From Candidatus Eiseniibacteriota bacterium (lineage in GTDB: Bacteria; Eisenbacteria; RBG-16-71-46; CAVPCR01), in the NCBI GenBank assembly GCA_963823555.1, contig CAWGMA010000002.1, positions 512,001-576,000 of the forward strand: DNA of 64,000 nucleotides, in the 5' to 3' direction. Below are positions 56,861 through 64,000 of the stretch, one piece after another; position 1 is the first letter of the stretch, and every line of letters starts with the position of its first letter. The notes under the pieces are model-generated. The model searched no databases, was not told the DNA's origin, and saw nothing but the letters and a program-made list of their open reading frames with translations. The position numbers and the translations under genes are program-made.

Positions 56861-58835
56861 CTGCCATCGTCGAGAGCCCTGCCTCCTTGTCGAAGAGGGC
56901 CTGCACCTTCTCGTAGTCCGCCACCTCCCACCGCGCCCCGTTGACACGGAACACGTGATCGGCATGGACCTTGCCACCATCCTCGGTGAACCGCGCCTCG
57001 ACGCTGCCCACGTCATTCGCGAAGCTCATGTCAGCAGGCAAAGCCTCGACGGTCATGCCATCGGGGATGGCGATGCTCACCCGCTCCGTCACCAGGTACG
57101 GGTAGTTGAAGACGATCGGACTCTGCCGGCGCGCGTTCGCGAAGGGGCTCGGGTCCTTGCGAATCACCCCGAACGGCGGGGCCACCACCCGCCCCGGCAG
57201 CACCTGTTCGGCAAGCGGCGCCTCGAGGTCGCCGTCAATCCGGAGCGGGCCATGCGAACTGGCCAGGCCGAGCACCCCGACCGAATCGATCTCGGCCGCG
57301 GGCACGCCCTCCTCGAGCGCCTGCTCGAGCTCATCCAGCTTCCGTTCCACCGTCAACTCGTGACAGGCAAGCCGAACATCCCTGGCAGCGTGGCCGGTCC
57401 GCGTCTCGGAGACGACTCCCGTGGCCTTCGATCGCTCGAGATCCAGCGCCAGGGCCACCGTCCGCGTCGTCGAGTTGGAGTCCGGCGGGGAGTAGGGCAC
57501 CGCGACCAGCTCGTAGGCCGAATCGTTGCCCTTTTCCCTGCGGACCACGAAGGCCGTGGCTCCCTCGTTCAGCCAGTGGACGTCGCCAGGCTCCAGGTAG
57601 GCATCGCCGGGGGACATGAAGCGATAGGCGCCGTCGGCCTGCCTCCAGGCGACGAGCGAACGATCGAACTGCCAGAACTTGGCGGCCGGCACGAATGATC
57701 CCTCGTCGCGATCGACGACGTAGGCGATGCTCGCGTCATTGCCAAGCTTTCGCATCATGGCCAGATAGAGCGTGTTGATGTCTCCCTGAGAGCCGCACTT
57801 CGCCTTGATGATGTCGTCGACCGTCTTCGAATCCCGACAGCTCCGGCTCCGTCGCGCGTACGACGTGTTCCGCACGTTCTCCTGGACCCAGCAATAGCCC
57901 TCGCAGGCGATGGCGTCATCCGAGTCCGCCTTCTTGAAGTTCCCGCAGGTCCGGTTCACCTCTGCCGTGGCGCGCATCTGCTTCTTGATCTCATCCTCGA
58001 CAACCTTCGCCGTCCCGTTCCAGAACTCCTCCGCAGCACCTCCGCGGAGGTAGTAGAAGCGCACCTGTGGCAGCCGTGCCGCATCCGGAAGAGCATAGGG
58101 CTCCTCCATGTAGGCGGGAACGTCGTGCGCCTGGAACCGGTACTCGGTCTGCTGGACGCGGTCGGGATAGGCGAAGGGAGTGACGATGGTGTTCGAGTTG
58201 ACCATCATGTAGGTGGCCGTGATCTTCCAGCTGGCCATGACATCCAGGGCCTCCTGCTCGAGCTCGGCCCCACGGTAGTAGCGCCAGCGGTACTCGCCGT
58301 TCAGGAGCGGCATCTCCTTCCGCACGATCCAGCGCCGGTTGCTGTCCGGCAGGCGGTACCGCATGTAGTACTCGATGATGCAGTTGTCGGTCACCCCGGG
58401 TATGGCGAAGGCAGTGGCCTTGATCTTGACGCCCTTGCCCTTCACCACCTCGGTGTCCCGGATCTCCGACTGCCCGAGATTCGTGCTGGACCCATCGGGT
58501 CGCACGGTCCGTGCTGCAACCGCCTCGACCGTCTGCTGCTTGTGGACGTAGGGCATGGTCACGTCAGCCCACTTTCGCCCGTCGGCGTTGTGGATCAGGA
58601 TCCGCCGGTACACGGTGAGATAGGTCCGGTCATGGACGAGGAGGCTGTCGTCGGCGACCACCCGCTCGAAGATCATCGTGGCCCCGACGTCCGAGCTGGG
58701 GGCATCCTCGGCGGCTCTCCAGTCGGCCTCGGTGATGGGGTCCCATGCGAACTGCTGGGCGTGGCTCGTGATCGCCGGGAGGGAGACGGCCAGCATCACG
58801 ATCGACATGAGCAGTCTTGGTCTCATCCTCGTCAC
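56805..58835 (-). CDS. Secreted DUF3857 + transglutaminase-like protein, catalytic Cys apparently absent
   Basis: Signal peptide; RRILIHNADG, ARTVRPDGS, IIEYY; KCGSQGDINTLYLAMMR and QFDRS replace GDCKD and QFNH; GTGA overlap with upstream paralog. Confidence 0.8.
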   Translation of the reverse strand: MTRMRPRLLMSIVMLAVSLPAITSHAQQFAWDPITEADWRAAEDAPSSDVGATMIFERVVADDSLLVHDRTYLTVYRRILIHNADGRKWADVTMPYVHKQQTVEAVAARTVRPDGSSTNLGQSEIRDTEVVKGKGVKIKATAFAIPGVTDNCIIEYYMRYRLPDSNRRWIVRKEMPLLNGEYRWRYYRGAELEQEALDVMASWKITATYMMVNSNTIVTPFAYPDRVQQTEYRFQAHDVPAYMEEPYALPDAARLPQVRFYYLRGGAAEEFWNGTAKVVEDEIKKQMRATAEVNRTCGNFKKADSDDAIACEGYCWVQENVRNTSYARRSRSCRDSKTVDDIIKAKCGSQGDINTLYLAMMRKLGNDASIAYVVDRDEGSFVPAAKFWQFDRSLVAWRQADGAYRFMSPGDAYLEPGDVHWLNEGATAFVVRREKGNDSAYELVAVPYSPPDSNSTTRTVALALDLERSKATGVVSETRTGHAARDVRLACHELTVERKLDELEQALEEGVPAAEIDSVGVLGLASSHGPLRIDGDLEAPLAEQVLPGRVVAPPFGVIRKDPSPFANARRQSPIVFNYPYLVTERVSIAIPDGMTVEALPADMSFANDVGSVEARFTEDGGKVHADHVFRVNGARWEVADYEKVQALFDKEAGLSTMAVVLASGGPPRHGRRLGVL

Positions 58836-60824
58836 TCCTTCACGACGACGGCCATGGCCTGCATGGCCCGGGCATCCTTGACGAAGCGCTGGACCTCCGC
58901 GTAGTGCTCGGGCTCGAGCAGAGCGCCGTTGCGCTCCATGAGCGCGACATAGCGGAGGCTGTTTCCGGACGATGTCACCTCGCAGTCGATGCGTCCCGCG
59001 GCACAGGAGCTATGAATGGGCGCCACGGGTTCGGCCGTCCAGTTCGACGGGAACTGCCACGTGATGTCGGTGAGGACCTGGACGGGAGAGCCGAGCCAGA
59101 TCGGATGCGTGCGTTCCGGAGCACTCAGGTCCGGCCATTCGACGCGACGGATGAAGTCCGGATTGAGGAGGATCATGGTCCCCGATCCGGAGGCGACCCT
59201 TGTGTGGACCTGGAAGGTGACCCAGGCCGAATCGCCGTCGACTGCCGAGCTGAAGTTCGAGATCCGGGCTCCGGGAGACACCCGCGACAGCACCTTCTGC
59301 CAGTTCTCCACCTGCTTGCTCTCGGTCGTCGAGCTCATGCGGTGGGCCGACGAAGCGGCCCAGTCGCCGTGGTCGCAGATCCGCACGCTGGCCTCGATGC
59401 TCCCGGCGGGATCGAGGCGAGCGAAGGCGCCATAGCATCGCCGGTTGTCTTCGGCCGAGGCATCCGGCAGCTCGATCAGCCCCGCTGACTGGCTGGCGGC
59501 AGGAAGCACGGCTGTGCTCTCGAGACCTGAGGGGATCCGGCCGGGGCGGGCCGTGGGGTCGGTCGGATCGAAGAAGACCCAGGCGTCGACGCTGCCGGGA
59601 GGGCTCTCCCCGGCCGCGGCGAGGCTCGCGGCCGGGACGCCGACGATGCAGTGATTGAACTGGAAGGGAGAGGGCAGACCGGGAAGGGCCGGACGCTGTC
59701 CGTTGGCGAGAACGGAGACCGAGGGGATGCCGGCGGCAAGGAGGAGCGCCCGCATGAGGGTCGCCTTGTCCTTGCAGTCGCCGTAGAGGTTGCGCTGGGT
59801 CAGGGCAGCGTCGCGCGGCTCCCAGCGGTTCTTCCCGATCTCGACCGCCACGTACCGGATCTGATCCCGCACATAGGTGCCGATCGTATCGAACTTCGCC
59901 TGCGGTGTTTCGAGTCCGGCGGTCAGCTCCCCGGCGAGGAGCGTGAGCCGCGCGTCGGGTGCTGCGTGCGGGTCGTGCAGCTCGGCGCACCACGAGGCCA
60001 CCGATTGCCAGTCGGGGAACCGGGTCTCGTCGTGCGAGGAGGGATCGTGCGCCGCGAGGTTGACCCGCCGGGCGAGGCGCCCCCAGGAGGGCATGAAAGG
60101 TTCCTCGGGGCGATAGGCGAGGTCGCGTGCCGTCCAGGTGTGGAGCCCATCCTGCTTCCGCGTGCTCGATGCCCTCCGTCATCCATTCCTCGGCGGCGAG
60201 TTGCCAGCCATCGGGGATGCGGACCGAGAGCTCGGCGAAGTGAACCGGATCCTGGACCTGGAAGGTGAAGGACTGGAACGCGCCGATCCATCCATCCTCG
60301 ACGACCTTGTACTCGAAGGCGGCCACGGCTCCCGGTCGAGGATCGGGGAGGCGGGCCTCGAGAAGACGGCTATCGGTGTAGTAGCTCCCGGCCTCGGGAG
60401 AGCCGATCTCGAGGATGTCGGACCGGGAGAGCTCGACCGTCTTGCCGCTCGGCAGGATGAGCCAGCCCTTCAGGTCCTCGACCTTGCAGAAGGGAGCGAT
60501 CTCCTCGCTGAGGGTCGCGTAATCCTCGCCGTCGACGGTGAGGATGCGGACGGCACGGCGCACATGGCTCTTGACCGCACCCTTTGCAGGGATCTCGATC
60601 TCCGTCGTGTCGTGGAGGATGAACCCGTCGGCCTTCGCGGGAGCTTCGATGGACTCTGTTTCCTGACAGACCTGCTCGAGCCAGTCGGGCGCGGGGGAGG
60701 CGGGGGAGACGAGGATGGTGGCGGTGGAGAGGAGCAGCGGCGGCGGCGGCGAGCGATGCGGGGAGTGGAGGAGAGGAGATACGGAAGCAGCAGGTCGCCA
60801 GTGGCGACCTGCCCTCAAGGGCAC
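58832..60824 (-). CDS. Secreted DUF3857 + transglutaminase-like protein with intact Cys-His-Asp triad; frameshift near 60160
   Basis: N-part in the 59010..60824 frame (APDWL, RRAVRILT, PGAVAAFEY); C-part in the 58832..60094 frame extended upstream (HTWTARDL..EEPFMP, IRYVAVEIG, YGDCKDK, QFNHCI, FFDPT). Confidence 0.8.
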
Positions 60825-61046
60825 CTTCCTGGTTCACGGCCGCGGCCCCCTTCTCCGGGACGGGAGGAGGATAGCAGCTGAGATGGCCACCGGGCTACTC
60901 CGAGGTGCTCGGGGGCGGGCGGCCCACCGCCCCCTCGCACCGTGATTGCCGGATCTCCCTGCGTCGTCCCAGCGCTGCTCGAGTGTCCAGCCACGGACGG
61001 ACTCGTGGCCTCACCTTGCAGAGCGATTGACAGGGGCAATGTGTGA

Positions 61047-63355
61047 TCAGGTTTCCGGGAGAGATATCGCTTCGAGCTCCACCAGTACCTGCCGCATGGG
61101 CGGTCGCTTCCCGGGATCGAAGCTCAGGCAGGCTTCGACGAGGTGCAGCACCGCAGGTGGAACATCGGGGGGAGCCCCTCCCATTCGGGAAGTCGCCTCA
61201 TATCCTCGAAAGTGCCATACGCGAGCCTCCCGGTAAGGCAGCGATAGAAGACAGCACCGAATCCCCATACATCGCCTTGCCAGTCGCTCGCGTCAGGCGC
61301 CTCGCGCAGGTCTCCAAGTGCACGCATGATCCGCTCCGGGGGCATGTAACCCGGAGTCCCGACGCAGTCCTGACTGAGGCTGATCCTCGGTCCGAGATCC
61401 GTACTTGGATCGAGCGCCTTGGCGAGGCCGAAGTCAATGAGGGTGGCCTTGAGACCCTCGTCCACGATCACATTGAGCGGCTTGACATCGCGATGCACGA
61501 CACCCTGGCGATGCGCGTACTCGAGAGCGCGCGCGACGTGCCGGGCAATGGTGCAAGCCGCCTTCACGTCCAGACCGGTGGGTAGCCCATCCAGTCGTTT
61601 CTCGAGCGTGATGCCAGGTACCAGCTGCATCACAAGGTAGGGGCGTTTGTCGTCGACATCCGTATGGAACAACTGGGCGATGTTCTCGTGGACGAGGTCC
61701 TTCAGAATCCTGGCCTCTCTGGTGAAGCGGGCACGGCTCTGCTTATCGTTCAGGCGCTCCTTCCCGAGGAACTTGATCACGACATGATCGCGGACGTTGC
61801 CGCTCCTCATCGGCCTGGCGAGCCATGCCTCGCCCATGCCGCCCTCGCCCAAGGGGTGCTTTCCGAGGAGTATGTAGTCTCCGACTCGAGTACCCCACCA
61901 CCTGACAGCCCAGGGCCAGGCAATATCAAGGACCATAAGAAGAAGAGCGACTGCCCCCGTGATCCACATCCAGGACGGGGCTGGCTGTGGCACGAAGTCA
62001 AAGAGGCCGACGATCGCCCCATCCTGGATGGCGATCCGATCGGGAACGCTGTTTTCTGCTCCGCTCCTGACCGCTTGACCATATCTGCGTTCCGGATCGT
62101 TATAGGGGCGCTCGCACCGAAGCCGCAGCTGGCCGTCGAATCCGCGAAGCGATCCCGACGTATCGACGAGGAGCAAGGGTTCGCGATCCTCGCCCACGCG
62201 CGCGGTTCCCACGAGGCCCACCCCCACCTCCGGTCCGCCGAGCGGCTGTCGGCGTCTTGGCGAGAGGTCCGGACCGAGGAGGAGCACCTCCGGCGGCTTG
62301 ACGACGGCCAGTACCCGCCCATCGCGCTCGTGCACACCAAGAGAGTCTGGGTTCAGGAGAGCGACGACAGCTTGTTCCCACCGAGCGCGGCCGATCTCTC
62401 TCCCTGTCTCGGGATCGAGAACGAGGATCGTGCCGGGAGATGCCCCGCTCTCCACACAAGCGAGCCCGGCCAGCACTTCCGGCCTGCCGTCTCCATCGAG
62501 ATCGCAGACGATGACCTCGGCTCCACAATAGACACCACCCACCTGGACGCGCCACAGCTCTTGTCCCGTCTGGTCGAATGCAAAGACCCAGCACTCGTCG
62601 TCCTTCGTGCCGGAGGCTTCAGGGCCGTTGTTCGGGGCATATGTGCCAACGACAATCTCATCCTCGCCGTCGCCATCCAGATCATAGAGCGCGATGCTCA
62701 TGGGTGCCGGGCCCATGAGCTGCGACCACATGCGGCGCCCGCTCGCGAGGTCGAACACGTCGAGGGACCGCGGAGCGGGCTCTCCGTCCACCTTGTAAAA
62801 CTCGGTGTGCACGTTGACGATGACACTCTGGCGCCCGTTGATGGTGAGACATGACATCGGAAGGTAGGCGCTGAACGTGCTCGTTGGACCGCCATCGCGA
62901 TGCGGCCAGCGAAGACGGCTCTCGGGCTCGAGGGTGGACCATCGCGTGGCCAGCCCTGGCGTGAACAGCATGCACTGACTAGAGTCGGTAAGGTTCGTCA
63001 GGTAGGGGACAGCGAGAAGATCATGGCTGGTTCCCTCGCACCGTGCCAGTAGGGGAGGACTGACTATCCAGTCCGGTGGCAATGTGCGATCGAACAGATT
63101 CCGATTGTCCTGGAACTGCGATGCGACGATGTGACGCGGTGTGATGATGACAAGGTCAGGGGAGTCGTTCGCGTCGATGTCGCCGACGAGAACCCGGCCG
63201 CCAGGGGGGATGTAGTGACTCGCAACTGGTGAGAAATCGTAGTTCACGAGCCGGGTTGCGCCTAGCCAGGCGACGGTGGCAAGAGCAAGAGCGCATGCTG
63301 TGAGGCGTACAACCCGTGCGGGACGGAAAGAGGACGACATGCCGCCTGCTCTCAT
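61047..63355 (-). CDS. Receptor-type Ser/Thr protein kinase: N-terminal FG-GAP/VCBS extracytoplasmic domain, TM, C-terminal Hanks kinase (frameshift at G6 61167-61172)
   Basis: GDIDANDSPDL, DLDGDGEDEI, DLDGDGRPEV; TM WMWITGAVALLLMVL; LGEGGMG, VIK, HRDVKPLN, DFGLA, GTPGYMPPE, DVWGFG; subdomain XI (CLSFDPGKRP) lies in the 61047..61268 frame. Confidence 0.88.
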
Positions 63356-63879
63356 TCATCGATGTTATCGCGAAGCCAGTCCAGTGCCTTTCTCATTTCC
63401 CGCTGTGCGCTCTCGCGCTGGAGGTGGACTACTGCCGCCGCGTCCTTGACTCTGTGGCCGTCGTAGTAGACCAAGTCAATCAGATACGCAGCGCGTGGGC
63501 CCCAGGGCTGCACGCGACCAAGTCGCTCGATGGCATCACGGAGATCCATTGGATCAGCGATCCCGGTGTCAGCGTGAAGCGAATCATCCAGCGGAACACG
63601 GTTCTTGTAGCCCGCCTTCTCCCTCACTCGACGGGACCGAGCCTTGTCGATAAGGATGCGACGCATCTTCCAGATGAGTCGGCGGCGCAGATGGTCGGAT
63701 TCCTCGACTACTGCCCAGGTTCCCTGAAGGAATCGGCGAAAAGTGCTGTTGACCAGATCTTCCGCCTGCAGGCTGGCTTTCGGGTCGCGTCGAAGCATCC
63801 AGGCTGCAATGTGGATCAGGGAGCGGTAGTGACGTTCCGCGAATCTGTCGATTGCGTGGCGCGGTTGGAGCGGTTCCAT
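63352..63879 (-). CDS. ECF sigma-70 factor (TIGR02999/Planctomycete-like, kinase-associated)
   Basis: YRSLIHIAAWML..SLQAEDLV, MRRILIDKARSR, DLRDAIERL, region-4 HTH ending ALDWLR; GAGGA RBS; ATGA overlap with the kinase. Confidence 0.85.
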   Translation of the reverse strand: MEPLQPRHAIDRFAERHYRSLIHIAAWMLRRDPKASLQAEDLVNSTFRRFLQGTWAVVEESDHLRRRLIWKMRRILIDKARSRRVREKAGYKNRVPLDDSLHADTGIADPMDLRDAIERLGRVQPWGPRAAYLIDLVYYDGHRVKDAAAVVHLQRESAQREMRKALDWLRDNIDE

Positions 63880-64000
63880 GACGGTTCATTCCTCAACGGG
63901 TGGAGCAGAGCCAACGCCGAGGTCACGACTGTCCAGCATCTTAAGGCACCACCCCGCGATTTCAAATCTCGTTGTCAGAGTGTCTTTACCCATTGTCGTG

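Overview
GC-rich bacterial chromosomal window with about 42 genes. No rRNA, tRNA, CRISPR array, transposase or integrase was recognised. The many signal-peptide proteins ending in either a FlgD-Ig/T9SS-like C-terminal domain or a short 'TWGxIKxxY' tail suggest an FCB-related candidate lineage such as Eisenbacteria or Krumholzibacteria (inference). Housekeeping content: PmbA/TldE, a PP-loop thiolase plus TusA, an Flp pilin under a sigma54-type promoter, a GAF histidine kinase, AddB/AddA, TrkAH, a CaCA antiporter, a MacAB-type exporter without its ATPase, HMG-CoA lyase and a split biotin carboxylase. Accessory content: four beta-helix secreted paralogs, a gingipain-like (C25) protease, LVIVD and NHL propeller proteins, an HAO-family octaheme cytochrome c, an sxtIJKL-like carbamoyltransferase module, two small toxin-antitoxin-like gene pairs, tandem transglutaminase-like genes, and an ECF sigma factor coupled to a receptor-type Ser/Thr kinase. 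Several genes are broken by single indels, often at G/C homopolymers, which points to uncorrected long-read consensus errors rather than real pseudogenes. Best candidates for undescribed biology: (1) the TWGxIKxxY tail, which occupies the same position as the T9SS-like CTD on paralogous passengers and is a putative alternative sorting signal; (2) the four-gene all-membrane DUF6754-type operon; (3) the ECF sigma plus N-terminal-sensor/C-terminal-kinase pair. Family names are from motif recognition only; no searches were run.
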